From NCBI GenBank assembly GCA_964016885.1, contig OZ024740.1, positions 299,026,001-299,090,000 on the forward strand: DNA of 64,000 bases, given 5' to 3'. The first letter of the stretch is position 1; the number at the start of each line of letters is the position of its first letter. Made by a program: the position numbers and the translations under genes. Of this stretch, positions 43,183 through 57,232 are shown one piece after another. Origin of the DNA: Eledone cirrhosa. Its lineage: Eukaryota. The notes beneath the pieces are model-generated. The model made no database searches, was not told the origin of the DNA, and saw nothing but the letters and a program-made list of their open reading frames with translations.

Positions 43183-43589
43183 TACTCTGGAGTTTCAAAT
43201 AATCGTCCTCCTCCGCTGCTTATTAATTTTTCAGAATTTTTCCACTCCCGCTCTTCTTCTAACCATCCGTTTAATAAATATTGCTAATCTCCGGCGAAAT
43301 TCTATTCTAAGTTGTAGCCTTCCTACGACAATTAATTTTCTTTAGACATTAAAAACATTATTCATGACAAAAAAGTACGTTACTAGAAATCTCATACGTT
43401 ATAAAATAGATAGAATAGGTTGGGGTCTCTAAATTATTCGACTAATTGTGAATGGTTTTGAAAAAAAGAAGAAACCGAGAAATCCCAGAAAAATTACCGA
43501 TTTTCCAAATCCTCCGCTTATTCCAACCCCAACCCTCACTTATTCCACCATTCCCGCTTAGTCACTCCTATTATTTGGGATCCGAGAGT
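43183..43589 (+). mobile_element. MITE with TACTCT...AGAGTA termini
   Basis: Terminal inverted repeats and two further copies in the window. Confidence 0.75.
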
Positions 43590-45239
43590 ATGCTGTCATC
43601 ATCGACTGCAATTTAAATGTTTAATGATATACATGACAACGTAGATAAACCGTACTAGATTTGGAAAGGCAAATAAAGTGTTAGAAGTGTTTTAGAAAAT
43701 GTGTCGAAACTTTTTTTAGGTATCTTGTTGGTTTCGATAGTTACATAGAGAAATGATCGTCTAGCGTGTAGAACATACGGCAACACGATTGCCAATTATG
43801 AAATGTTCAATGTCTTTATTTTCATGGAATAACTTTACATGCTTTCAGATTATGCCATTATACCTTTTACACTACAAGTTCCTAATATAGGGTCGAGAAA
43901 ATCCCATGAGAATTTTAGAAATTGTTTCAACTTGGTAGATATGGAAGAGATCTGTCAGGACGAAAAAAACGATGAAGTTCACAAAATGAAGGGGTGATAA
44001 TTTAGGCAAATAGAAAACGAGAAGATTCGTCGATTATAATATGTATAAAGACCCCCTTAGGTCACGTGTGATCATGGGATTTGCACCTAGAAAGTTGCCC
44101 TGTGAGGCACAAGTCTGGGCAAGGCTGTTTGTGGAAGACCATCAGTCATCCATGCATACCAGTCTCCACTCTCCAAGTCACCGATGTTGTCGAAGTGAAA
44201 AGCTACAGCTGAGTAAACTGGAGTAATGTGAAATAAAGTGTTAGTATACATAAGAATTATTAGTGTTCAAATGGTCGAGTAACTTTTATCAGTGGAGTAT
44301 CATTTGGAAGGTAAATACGTGGTTTAATTTTATTGCATCTATTGAAATTGGTATAGATTCACCGTATATCGTCGACAGAAAGTAGTTGGTTACATACTTA
44401 TGTAACGGAATATTTGTGTGGTTGTAACGATAAGTGGATGGATGTAACTGTTGGTATGGTGGTTTCGATGTAAAGAAAAATACCAGGATTGTGTTGTTAC
44501 AATGTTTATTTTATTATAACAATATTCAATTTGAATATTGGATGATAAAATCAATAACACGAAATATTCGTACAATAATTTGGTGGCTCTTCGAGCCGCG
44601 TAAATACAAGTATCTCAGAATAAGATTATAATATAATTTGTACTGCATCCGAAAGATACAACGTGAATAAACAGAAATGGTGCGTGTGAAAATGCAAACA
44701 GTGTGAACTTACTATGAATGCGTGTGTGCGTATCAGTATATTTGCTTGTTTTAGTAGTAGTAGTAAGTGACCAGCCCGGTGGGTGAGAAATAAGTGACAG
44801 ACTGGTTTTTCGTGACGAGAGCTTGTAAATGCGACTTGTCTTGTCTGTATATCACTTCTTTTCTGTCGGGGCGTAAACAACCCCTGTATTTATAAGGGTT
44901 GAAGTTAGAAGGATAGATATAACCTCTGAACTTCGATTAGAGTCTCCAAAGGGATTAGTTTGCCAAGCGTAAACAAGTCAGAAAGATGGATATATCCTCT
45001 GACCTAATTTCTGTCAGGCGTAAACACCTCTGACCTGTGTTTAGCCTCTCCCAAGGGGTTAGTCTCTTGAGCGTAAACAACTTACCACGGCTTGTCCCAG
45101 AGGCGAGAAAGCTCAGATTCGGTTTCGAATCTTCGCCGCCGTTATACTTATATAAAATAAAGCATTCTTTCTATACCATTCTTCCTATACTAAGGAACTA
45201 CGCTGTAATTCAAAATTATAGTTGGTGAAGTAGTAGCAG

Positions 45240-45725
45240 ATATATGAGACAGTTGTGAGGCCTTGGCTAGAGAGCTTTTGCAAAGGAAGACCGTACACTT
45301 ACCAACAAGATTCTGCGTCGTTCCATAAGGCGACGAGGACCCGTGAATGGATAAATTACAATCTCCACGGTCTTGTCAGTTCAAACATATAGCCTCCTAG
45401 TCCTTCACACTTGAATCCGTTGGACTACTACGTATAGGGTGTAGTCGAGAGGGATATCCATCAACGCTCCCTTAACATTATGAAATCTCCGAAGTCCACC
45501 ATAACTAGCACAATGACCATGATAGATAAATATCATCTGATTCGGGCATATCAACGTTTTAAACTTCGTATTGAAGCAGTCATCAATGCTAACAGGAGAT
45601 TCATTGAGTCAAGAAGAGGCTCAAGATTATTGATGCCAATATTTTCTCTAATAAAACTCTTCCTTCATGACGTATACGTCTTTTACTAAATTAATGCAAA
45701 TATCCTCAAAGAACTGAACAACCTG
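45240..45725 (+). mobile_element. Tc1/mariner (DD37D, maT-like) transposase C-terminal remnant
   Basis: YTYQQDSASFHKATRTREW...PPSPSHLNPLDYYV.GVVER...AYQRFKLRIEAVINA. Confidence 0.85.
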
Positions 45726-46259
45726 GAAGTATATAAGTGAAGGAAAATTTCGATTACTCAGCATAGGGTTTTATTATGATTTCTTTTGTTGATTCCCATG
45801 GTTTTAATATCAAACACGAATACAATGGACGTGGACGTAGCATGTCAGAATAATTAAGTAACTCATTTCACAATAATTAGGTCCGGTGTTCGACTCCCTT
45901 GCATGGTATGTTGGGCAAATGTCATTTACTATAGTCCAGGGGCCGACCCAAGCCATGTGAGGTTTGTTGGGAAGATGGAAATTGTTTGGTAGCCTGTTGT
46001 ATGGACTGTATCTGTAATTCCAAGTACCAGCCTTGTCACACACTGAATCTCTCTGGGAATTATTACATCAACCACTTCCACGTTAACTTTGATGAGCAAG
46101 CTGTTCCGTTGATAGAACAATCTGAACACCCAACATCGAAACCGACGGACGTTCATGCCATACAAATTAAAATATTTCGTGTGAAAATGGTAACATATTC
46201 TCACAACTCCTTTAACAACCTAAATTCCTTTATCGACTATGTTAATAGAATTTTCCTAA

Positions 46260-47200
46260 TTATTTAAGGTCCCTTTGAAAAATGTGACAAGCCTAGCACG
46301 TTGTGATAATGTATCAATAGTTTCATTAGTGTCATCTGTTCTAATAGTACAGGAAAAATGATTATCGATTGTGGTCACAGCTGCCTGCTCAATATCAATT
46401 TTAATAGAATTAATCCTTTTTATGTCGTCCTCACATACAGGGAAATTTGCACAGAATAACAGTTTAGTTTTCAAAGAACAGAACAGTATCCATTTGGTGT
46501 AGTACAACAGGAAGCCAAGCACCTATTGGTGTTCTTTACTATTTTGATGTATAGTCAGTTATTTAAGAGGTCAAAAGTTCTCTGGATCGAAATATAATTC
46601 TCCATGTGAAATTAGATAATCCAAGGAGTTAATAGATGTTAGATTAGTTTTATATGTATGCTTGTTTAAAATCAGATTATTACGTTTAGCGACATTGAAG
46701 AAATTTGAGTTGCTACAGAACAAGTCTATTCTTCAGAGTTTACTTGTTACCGCAACAGATTTATAACTTAACCTCTCCATAGTAACATCACATGATCGCA
46801 CAGAAGCAACAGACTTTTAATGAGATTTTGCATTAGAGTGTGCTTGTTGGATGACACTAGCCAGTGTTAGGGTCTTCTTCTTCTTCTTCTTCTTCTTCTT
46901 CTTCTTCTTCTTCTTCTTCTTCTTCTTCCAACTGATCCAGCAGGATTCCCCAAAATGGTTTTGCCCATAAAATCTGTCCAGCAATTCTTTCCGGAGACAT
47001 TCTACGTATAACAGAATCTCTGATAAATGATGATTCGTTTTCTCTAACGGTTGTAACTTTAGAATCGTCGGGTAATTAAAACTAAATTCTGTAGAAATTT
47101 TCTTTGAGCCTTTGTTTTTGTTTAGAGAGAAAGTTTCTGGCATATACTTCCTCCTATAGTTTCCCATAAGCTTCTAATCACCACACAGATATATCATGGG
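46260..47200 (-). mobile_element. Highly degenerate Ty3/Gypsy pol remnant (RT thumb, connection, RNase H start)
   Basis: LDYLISHGEL..DPE, LGFLLYYTKWI...KTKLL...FP, IRTD.....I..LSQ..RLVTF in the Gypsy order. Confidence 0.55.
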
Positions 47201-48840
47201 TTGTCCAATCGTGTATAATGTCCACTGTATATGTAGGAACAAAGGCTCTAGTTTATTAGGACTAATGTCAAGATTGATGCTAAGAGGAAACAACTAGGGT
47301 CCTGCTGGACCACCGAATCACCCCTTACTCATTTCGACCAGAATAGAGAGATGGTTATTCGTAAGAACGAGCTTCATGAAGTTGACTGTCTTTTTCAACA
47401 GATCTTCCTCCTCATCTTCAAGGGTAACACATTTATCATTTTGTCTGGCGGTACCACGAAACAATTGCATGATCCACTGGGGTTTTCTTTGTTTATTGCA
47501 TTCTCGAAGTCAAAAGGTTATATGAATATCAATATAGATATTATAGATAAGTCTATTCTATAAAGAATTAACTTGATATGTATTATAAATGTTGTTAAGA
47601 AATATCTTAATCATTTGATCTATAACCTAAAAGTCTTATCACGATGTGTTTTTTAGAATGTCCAATCTATCTGGTCTAGCTATTTTGTCTATTTTATTTG
47701 AGTGATTGATGACTTTTAAATTGAATCTATTATGATAAAGAAAGTTCCATTTAGTTTCCTTTAATCGACATGAAAGATACATCTACAACCAACTATTGCT
47801 TTATTGTTGTTGTAGTTGTTGTTGTTGTTGTCGTTGTGGTGCTGCTGGTGGTGGTGGTGGTGGTGGTGGTGATGGTGGTCGAAATACATTTCAAATGTAA
47901 CTAAACCCGTTTTTTTCTATACCTTGGATAAGGTTTCCTAAAATGTGCACGCGGCACACATGTGTGGCATAAAGTCATTCAGATACATTCTATCCTCTGG
48001 TTTTCAGGTATACAGTCTCCTCTCTACAATGGCCTCTGCTCTTCAGAACTGGCTAGTCTCGTACTATCTCCTCTCAATCACTCCCAATTCAGACGATGCT
48101 TATTCTCTCACCATCCATATTGTGTACAGGCCCCAGTCTCAGCACTAGCCCCTATACACAGTCCTTTCAGTCTAGATCAGGCATGGCAGCCTTTTTCGAG
48201 AAGTGGGCCGCATGAGATATGGTTCATAATCAGGCGGGCCGCAAGCGCTAATTTACATTCGTGCCCACATTAACTGAGGTTGTTTCTTCAGAATTCGTAC
48301 ACGTTGTTTTCCTCTATCGTAAAAATGATAGAAAGATAAATTACGACTGAGAAGTTGGGGTAAAAAAATCCGAAAAATTTCAGTTCGGTGACTTAGGCGA
48401 GCCGTTCAGAAGGTTTCGCGGGCCGTAGGTTGCCCATGACCATGATGCGTCTGGTGCAATACATTAGCCAGTAACGATACTCGATAGAGTGCGTAGCTGG
48501 GAGATCAAGGAGTCGCTCCGGTTAGAGCCGCTACTTTTCTGAATTGAGAGTTCACAGCTCCAACACTATGAGCATGTGGTTAGCATGTCTCAGGAAAGAA
48601 TCGCTGGACAGATTATACAGGCGCAAAACCAATCGGCTGGAGACCCCTGGGCATTATGTTTGGATAACATCTATGTCCTGGGCTGATCTCGCTTGGTGAT
48701 CCAGACGGATTAGGAGGAAACGGTTACTTCTGGCAGGACCCACTGGAAGGAGTTTTTGAGGACTTTGACCCACGATCCTCTCAAGAATAGGTTGGCGAAG
48801 AAGAAGGTGTTTTACTGGATTTGCTGTCACTGTGGTTTCT

Positions 48841-49068
48841 GTTGTTGATGTTATTGATGCTGTTGATGTTATTGATGCTGTTGATGTTATTGATGCTGTT
48901 GATGTTATTGATGCTGTTGATGTTATTGATGCTGTTGATGTTATTGATGCTGTTGATGTTATTGATGCTTTTGTTGTTATTGATGCTGTTGATGTTATTG
49001 ATGCTGTTGATGTTATTGATGCTGTTGATGTTATTGATGCTGTTGATGTTATTGATGCTTTTGTTGTG
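48841..49068. repeat. 18-bp minisatellite (GTTGATGTTATTGATGCT) x about 12
   Basis: Direct reading. Confidence 0.95.
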
Positions 49069-49104
49069 GCCGATAAAATAAGTTCAGGATAATCTGAAGC
49101 ATTA

Positions 49105-49447
49105 AATGACGACGATAATGATGTTGAAGATGATGATGATAGTAAAAGTGATGGTGGTTCTAATAATGATGATGGTGATGGTGATGGTCGTTATGATGAT
49201 GATGATGATGCTGATGATGCTGATGATGATAATGATGATGATGACGTTGATGATGGTGATGATCATGGTTATGATGATGATGACGATGATGATGATGATG
49301 ATGATGATAATGCCCATCATGGTGTTGTGATGAAGATGATGATGATGATGCTGCTGCTGACAATGATGATGATGATGATGATGATGACGATGATGGTGGG
49401 GATGATGATGATGATGATGATGGTGATGATCATGGTTATGATGATGT

Positions 49448-49485
<38 letters not shown>

Positions 49486-49625
49486 TCCATCATGGTGTTG
49501 TGATGAAGATGATGATGATGCTGCTGCTGACAATGATGACGACGACGATATCAATGATGATGATGATTATGATGCTGCTGCTGCTGATGATGATGATGAT
49601 GACGATGCTGCTGATGATGATGATA
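49105..49625. repeat. (GAT)n tract with an internal duplication
   Basis: Direct reading; catcatggtgttgtgatgaagatg occurs twice. Confidence 0.9.
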
Positions 49626-50133
49626 AAGATCGTATTAGTTCTTGGTGGTAGTAGAGGTGGTGGATGTATAATGACAATTGTGCGTATGTAGTCAGTCATT
49701 ATTAAAATCGTTGCTGCTGTTGTTGTTGTTGTTGCTGTTGTTGTTGTTGTAGTTTTTGTTTTTGTTATTTCTTACGTTATCCATTCTGGTTCCTGTGGCC
49801 ATAAGCAGGCTCACCTTTGTTTTCAATTACTCTGAAACCACAATGACCGTTAAGTCCTTCCGGTGTGTGTTGAATACCTCTTGCAATTAATTTTTTCCGT
49901 CTGTCTGAAACGTCTCATTGATGCGAGAATAATTTAGTCTAATGTCACTATTGTACATGTGTTGATGTTACTGCTGATCTGGTTGGCTCCTGTTGATATG
50001 CAGCCATGCTTGACCCTACGCCCATACCACCACATCATCATCAGCTTTCGATCCATTTTTATATTGTTTATTTTAGTCACCAGTTCAGCAATTATTTCTG
50101 TTCTGTGCATTGGTATATCTATATATATATATC

Positions 50134-50175
<42 letters not shown>

Positions 50176-50252
50176 AAAGTATATATACCATATATAATAT
50201 ATATATATATATTTATATATATATCAGTCTAACTCTCTCTCTCTCTCTTTCT

Positions 50253-50334
<82 letters not shown>

Positions 50335-50944
50335 GCGTGTGTGTGTGTTGTAGTGTGTGTATGTAGGAATGTATGTATTTCTGTAAGGATGTAAGGATGT
50401 ATAAATAATATATATATGTGTGTGCGTAAATATAATTGAGGGAGGGGGGTGAATGTGTGTGTATGTGTATACATACACACGTACGTATATGATATATTAT
50501 ATATATGTTGTAGTGATTTTCCGAAAAAAAAACAAAAAACAAAAAAATAACACTAAATAGAGGGTTCTTGAAAGATCTAATGTCTATAATAATGGATGCT
50601 GTAGACATAACAATTATCTCCACCCTAAGAGCGAAATATTGACACCAGGTTCTCATTTTAAGAAGTATTTTCTTGAATACTGGAAACACATCCTCAGGAA
50701 CGCCTGTCAGTATAGCAGACTAACTTACTGTGATTGATATCGTTCATAGAAAAAGAAAAAAAGAAAATTTAGATTGAGCAGAAAGAATAGAATGTAAGAT
50801 AGGAACTGTAAGATCTCGTATTGTAGCTAGTTATACAGTTTTCAATTGGGGATACTAGAGATAAACACAGCTTCACTGTAACAGATACCTAAATATGGAA
50901 TGTTACGCGATGCCCCCCCCCCCCCCCCCCTCCCACACACACAC

Positions 50945-51235
50945 AGCCCCGGAGGACAGGATGGAGAAGGCGTTCTCCCGGAGAACGGCAAGGGAGACGC
51001 GCTGGAAAAGCCACTCCAACTCGCGGGGTTCACACCTGCGGCTAGCCAGCTCAGCGCCTATGGTGGTGAGTAGGGAAGTAGCCCTAGGGCCGAAGTCTCC
51101 ACTGCCAGGGGTACAACCGCAAACCTGTCGGAGAGCGACCGGTATTTGCGGAGCTTGGCCTCCTCAGCACGACGTGCAGCAGAACCTGGGTTAGTCGCAG
51201 ACTGCAGAAAATGTCGGTGCAAGATAGGAACTTGT
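50945..51235 (-). mobile_element. CRE-clade non-LTR retrotransposon C-terminal (RLE) fragment
   Basis: ATNPGSAARRAEEAKLRKYRSLSDRFAVVPLAVET / FGPRATSLLTTIG...EPRELEWLFQRVSLAVLRENAFSILS. Confidence 0.8.
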
Positions 51236-51239
51236 AAAC

Positions 51240-51562
51240 AAAAAGAAAAAGAAAAAAAAAACGGAAAAGGGAGGAAAGGGCAAGGACTCTAGTGTCACGG
51301 AAGAATGGGGAGGGGGAGGTGATTGGGCCCTGTGTCTAGTGCGCGGTGGTAATGGGGCTGCGCCCTGCGGACAAGGCCGCAAAAGCATTCCCACGGACAA
51401 TGGCCAGTGACACTCGCTGCGACAGCCACCCCACCTCGCGGGGATCCTTCCTCAGACGGGCCACTGAAGTTCCGATCTTGTGGATGAGCTGGACAGTACG
51501 GGGTCCAACTACTCCTGAGGCCTCGACGGCGACCGGTGCGAAGAGCAAGCGGTCGGACAATC
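51240..51562 (-). mobile_element. Second, divergent CRE-clade C-terminal fragment with 3' UTR
   Basis: FAPVAVEASGVVGPRTVQLIHKIG...DPREVGWLSQRVSLAIVRGNAFA. Confidence 0.8.
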
Positions 51563-51891
51563 AAATCCATAGGCAACATTTTAAAAAACACGCTTCAACT
51601 CATTTCATCCAATAATCATCTCTTCTTTCCTTTCAACGTAAGTAGTTTACCAGTATACCATGGCAGTGTTATCGTTCATACATTGCCTTCTTTCTTCGCA
51701 GACATATTTCATTTCGTGTGATTTACCGCAGACAATCAACCAAACATACTGGGCCTCATGAAATATGTTTCCAATCGGAGTTTGATTTTAGCACCATTTT
51801 TTCACTGATTAGCATAACAAAGATAGTGCAACTCAAACAAATGTGTAATATCATTATAAAATAACTACACATAGAAATGCACACGCACACG

Positions 51892-51925
<34 letters not shown>

Positions 51926-52265
51926 CAGTTGTACCCTGGTGTTCGTGGGGGTTAGGTTCCTAGAGCACCCGCGAAGAGGGAAAAACCACGAATAATGGAC
52001 GTGGTCCATAAAAATACTTATAAACGTCAAAATATAACGTAATATATAATAAAAGATGAGGGACCGTCTTATGCGAAGGGACGTCCAATAGGCCGGCAAA
52101 TACGGTATATCGTTAATAATTTAACGTTAAAATATACATATATTGCCACGAAAAAAAGCCACAAAAAAATCGTGGACGATATTTACGATTCTCCGAATAT
52201 GCGACGTGTTATGTTCTAAAGAAAATTCCGCGAATAACCAGGACCACGAATGCGGTGGTACACTG
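51926..52265. mobile_element. Tigger/pogo-like MITE
   Basis: TA|CAGTTGTACC...TTCGTGG and CCACGAA...GGTACACTG termini. Confidence 0.7.
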
Positions 52266-52310
52266 TGTTTATATATATATGTGTGTGTCTGTGTGTGTGT
52301 GTGTGTGTGT

Positions 52311-53400
52311 ATGATAACTGCCACTTCTTTACAGTAGTGGACCATCTCCCCGACGTTGTGCTGAACGGCCATGAGCCAACGACCATGAGCCAACGAATGA
52401 CTGAAAACCTGTCTGTTCTCCTGCATACACTTTTATAGATGTGACACACACAAAGGGCTTAGATAGTCTTGAACGTGACTTGCTCAATATGCACTCTCAT
52501 GTGCCGCTTGAGTCCAGCAGCAGTGCCACAAACTTTGTCGTAAAACTGACATGAATATCCCGTAAGCCTTTCAGGGAGGATATTAACATAATCGGTCCCA
52601 AAATGTTGATTGCTGTGAGTACTTATATGACTATCAAGTCCAGCACGAGAAAGAACAACCCTTCTGCAGATGTTACAGACATGCTCCGATCAGATATTAC
52701 CCTGGACTTAGTTTACATGACCTTTCTTGAGTACTCTTTTAAACACTGAATGCTCAATACTTTTGACCTTAAAGTGATTAAAACCATCATAAAAAAGCCC
52801 TTTCTAACCAGATATATTCTCTGCCTCGTCTTCCCAATCCTCGACACTAATATCAAGATTTATCAGACTACCTTTAACAACATCCCTGAAACTTTTCCTG
52901 GGTTTATGTCTGAGGTATTTACCAAGAATTAACTCTCCATACCAAATTTGCTTAGGCGACCTCTCATCTCCATCCTCCTTAAATGACCTGCTCAACACAA
53001 TTGGTTCATGATTGCCATTATATCCTCCTTAGAAGGAACAACAAGGTCTGCATCGACAGCATAGATTGACCTTCGGATAATAGACTGGGAAGTCTTTGAT
53101 TTAGCCCGAATGCGCGTGAAGTTAAAATCTTTGCCCGTATCTCTGAAACGTTGAAACACACCGACATCGTAATCCTGAAAAAAATAAACGTAACAAAAAA
53201 AAAAATCATATGTGAGTGTCATAGCAAAAAAGGAAGAAAATAGGGTTGGTGCTGTGATGACCCTTTGCTTAACTCCGTTGTCGATAGCTATGGGTTTAGA
53301 CAGAGAACTATTGAAGTTAAGCCTCCAATTCATATCTCGATGAAGTTGTTTAAATATTCTCACGAGATCTGGAGGGCATCCTACCTTACTAAGAAAGGTC
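52311..53400 (-). mobile_element. RTE (BovB-like) LINE 3' remnant with (CA)n tail
   Basis: I.NGVKQ....APTLFS.FF, SIYAVDADLV, R.PKQIWYGEL..G, terminal C2H2 fingers CNICRR...AGLDSH..TH. Confidence 0.88.
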
Positions 53401-53567
53401 CAAGGGCATATGTCACATGAGGCCTCTGTCTGCTACTGGTACCATGTAGCCCACTCCAACACACACACATGCGCGCGCACACACACACAGGCACACACAC
53501 ATATAGAGATACATATATCTATGTATGTATATATATATATATATATGTATGTATTTATGTATGTATG

Positions 53568-53616
<49 letters not shown>

Positions 53617-53721
53617 TATCAATTTAACAATGAAAATAATAACAAAGTCAAGTTATTTAACCTATACATATCATTGTTTTACGATCGTTTCGGAGGATAG
53701 ATCACATTGAAAAAAGAAATA

Positions 53722-53762
<41 letters not shown>

Positions 53763-53813
53763 GCTCCAGCATGGCCTCAGCCGGATGGCTGGAACAGCTG
53801 AAAGAGTAAAAGA

Positions 53814-53854
<41 letters not shown>

Positions 53855-53858
53855 CACA

Positions 53859-53941
<83 letters not shown>

Positions 53942-54244
53942 GTGCGTGTGTGTGTGCGCGCGTGTGTGTTTATATATATATATATATATATACACGTGTT
54001 TGTGTGTGTGTGATTCGTGGTTAATTTTTATTATGTTATGTGAGGATGACGAAGCTCAACGTTGGCTCATGATGAGGATGATGAGGAGAGTAAGTTTGGT
54101 GTTTGTCAGCATGATGATAGCGCTGATGATGTGGATGTTGCTTGTGATGATGATAGTGAGGATATTTGTGATTAGAATAATACTGCTCGGTGGTTATGAT
54201 GATGATATTGGTGATAATAATTGTGGTGATATTGATGATGATGT

Positions 54245-54328
<84 letters not shown>

Positions 54329-54768
54329 CGATGAATGTCAATGAGGATGTTGAAAGCATTAATGATTACAGTGCTGGAGATGGTGATGGTGATAATGACG
54401 TTGCAAGATGGCGTTAGTCGTGTCTGTCGATTATGACAGATTTGGTGGTAGTTGTGATGGTACAAGTGGTGGTTATGGTGGTTGACAGTGAATGTGATGA
54501 TGTAACATTAATTGAAACTACGGTTTTATTTGAAAGATGACAGGTCTAGTTGGGATTTCTGGTCTGGCGATTTGGTGACTGTCCGACTAAGTTGACATTT
54601 CAATTTATTCATTTATTTATTCACAGCAAGTCAATTTTTGTCTTTTTCTTTCACCTTGTCATCTCAGTCGTGTATATGTGTGTTGTGTGTGCCTGGGTAT
54701 GATACACACATGCAAACAAAGTAACAGGCTCTCATTCAAACTCACATCATCACTTGATCACGTCACCA

Positions 54769-54800
<32 letters not shown>

Positions 54801-54807
<7 letters not shown>

Positions 54808-55187
54808 AATTAATATATCTACCGACATATGTATACAGATGCATACCTACGCTAGCAGATATATATGTTTTGTCTTAGTAACTTTGTAGTTCTATGCAGG
54901 GGAATGCAGAACAATTATATGAAAGACGTAAATAAGAAAGTTATGAAAATTGACTTACTTACTAAAATTTCACTCCTCTATTCTAAGCCTGGTGGCTTAG
55001 CTAAGAAGAGAGGAGTGAAATTTTAGTAAGTAAGTTAATTTTCATAACTTTCTTATTTACGTCTTTCATATAATTGTTCTGCATTCCCCTGCATAGAACT
55101 ACAAAGTTACTAAGACAAAACATATATATCTGCTAGCGTAGGTATGCATCTGTATACATATGTCGGTAGATATATTAATTCTTTATA
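54801..55187. repeat. Near-perfect palindrome (about 185-bp arms) in (TA)n; partial third copy at 55445-55527
   Basis: Direct reverse-complement match centred near 54995. Confidence 0.9.
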
Positions 55188-55520
55188 TACTACTCCAAAT
55201 TATTTGTTGAGCAAAATTTGCCAAATTACTACTGTGACTGATAGTAGAAGCTAGGCTCTGTCTTAATAGCATCCCCACTCCAAGCTGGTTAACCTCAGTG
55301 TCACGTGATTAATTCTTTTGAATTTGCCACATGACCAAGGAGGCAGCGAATTTTTCAGTGCTTAGAATCTAGCTCCGCTCGATTTTTTCGCTTTTTTCCA
55401 TCCACTGAATTATTGTTATATAAGCTTCCAGTGTCCCCGCATTGCCTGGTGGCTTAGCTGAGAATAGAGGAGTGAAATTTTAGTAAGTAAGTCAATTTTC
55501 ATAACTTTCTTATTTACGTC

Positions 55521-55603
<83 letters not shown>

Positions 55604-55606
55604 CAT

Positions 55607-55639
<33 letters not shown>

Positions 55640-55774
55640 CATATATATATATTTATTAAATATTTAATAAATATTTGCTCTACGGTTCTTATATTTGATA
55701 TATATTTATCCTTATCGAGCCCTCTTTGGATTTTAGTCTTCAAATTTATTATTATTACTATATATATATATATA

Positions 55775-56498
55775 TGCAAATAGTTATAAATTTGCACATA
55801 GCATAACTAGGCTGTATAACCACCGTGGAAACATTTGTAAGCACACAGAATAAATAACCTTTTTATGATGTCTACCTGTTATTATTCATTCTTTATCTGC
55901 ACTCCGGAATACAGAAGGATCAGGAACTGAGTTTCTTCAACTATTCTTCCATAACTCGTTGAGTAAAGAATGAATAATAACAGGTAGACATCATAAAAAG
56001 GTTATTTATTCTGTGTGCTTACAAATGTTTCCACGGTGGTTATACAGCCTAGTTATGCTATGTGCAAATTTATAACTATTTGCAAAACTCAATTATCAAA
56101 TGCTGTGACCACTGTATCCTCAGAGCGGAATGGTTAAAATGTAAAATGTAAATACCCTTAAGTGAGGTTATTGGGGAAGATAGAGTAGAAAAGGAAGAGA
56201 GAAAAGAAGGGGAGAGGGAGAGAGATAGAGAGATATGCAGGGGTTGGAGAAATGGGAGGGAGTGGTTTGTAGAATACAGATATCTTAATCAAAATGTTGT
56301 GGTAGGGGTTTTATTATACTGGTTACTCTTAAAGCGACAACCTTAAGCGATGCAGTGGTCACAGCATTTGATAATTGAGTTTTGCAAATAGTTATAAATT
56401 TGCACATAGCATAACTAGGCTGTATAACCACCGTGGAAACATTTGTAAGCACACGGAATAAATTACCTTTTTATGATGTCTACCTGTTATTATTCATT

Positions 56499-56503
<5 letters not shown>
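55775..56503. mobile_element. Three alternating (+,-,+) pseudo-LTR copies between (TA)n tracts
   Basis: 55775-55895, 55964-56126 (inverted) and 56353-56503 are near-identical. Confidence 0.88.
56017..56126 (-). ncRNA. Type I hammerhead motif with an approximately 85-nt stem II domain
   Basis: gct-CTGAGGA-tacagtggtcacagc...gctgtataaccaccgtg-GAAACATTTGTA-agc. Confidence 0.65.
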
Positions 56504-56583
<80 letters not shown>

Positions 56584-57032
56584 TATGTATACGTACATAC
56601 ATATATGTATACAGACGTACAATAGTATGTATATATATACATATATGCACACATATATATATATGTACGTATGGATTTACCGAACATTTATTATAATGCT
56701 CAGTTTTTTTGTAAACAAACATCCCGAATTAAGCCGTACAGTGTTTAGCAACCATCGTTGCCCTTTTGTTCAACACTGACAAAGGACTAGTTTCAAGCTT
56801 ATTAGCTATCGTCAGCACCGTATACCTTCCTGCCAGATGATTGAACGTCTGAAAGTATATACTCTTTTTATGCATATTAACGGCTGAGCAGCCTAATTTG
56901 CATATCGAGTGAGTTAATCGGCCGGGCGCACCGAAAACGATAAATGGAAAAAATGAAACGAAATTTCATTTCTCACTCTTAGTACGGCTGTTACTTAAAT
57001 ATAAGTATGTATACGTACATACGTTACATGAT

Positions 57033-57103
57033 TTCTAACTGATGAACGACTTCAGACGCCTCTGTTAGAATCGTCTGACTTTGTGAAACCTTGGGTAATG
57101 GAA
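57033..57103 (+). ncRNA. Type I hammerhead motif with extended stem II
   Basis: ttctaa-CTGATGA-ac..TCAGACG...CGTCTGA..gt-GAAACCTTGGGTA-atggaa. Confidence 0.7.
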
Positions 57104-57232
57104 TAATTATATTGTGTTGTTTATTACATAATTAAATAGCACTCTTCTTTCCTTTACATTTTCCGCGGAAATACTTAACACACACACAAACACACACATA
57201 TATATATATATGTAAATATATATATATATACA

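Noticed and set aside
48841-49068. CRISPR-like array or VDVIDA repeat protein
   Set aside because: Contiguous 18-bp minisatellite with no spacers, in a eukaryotic repeat context
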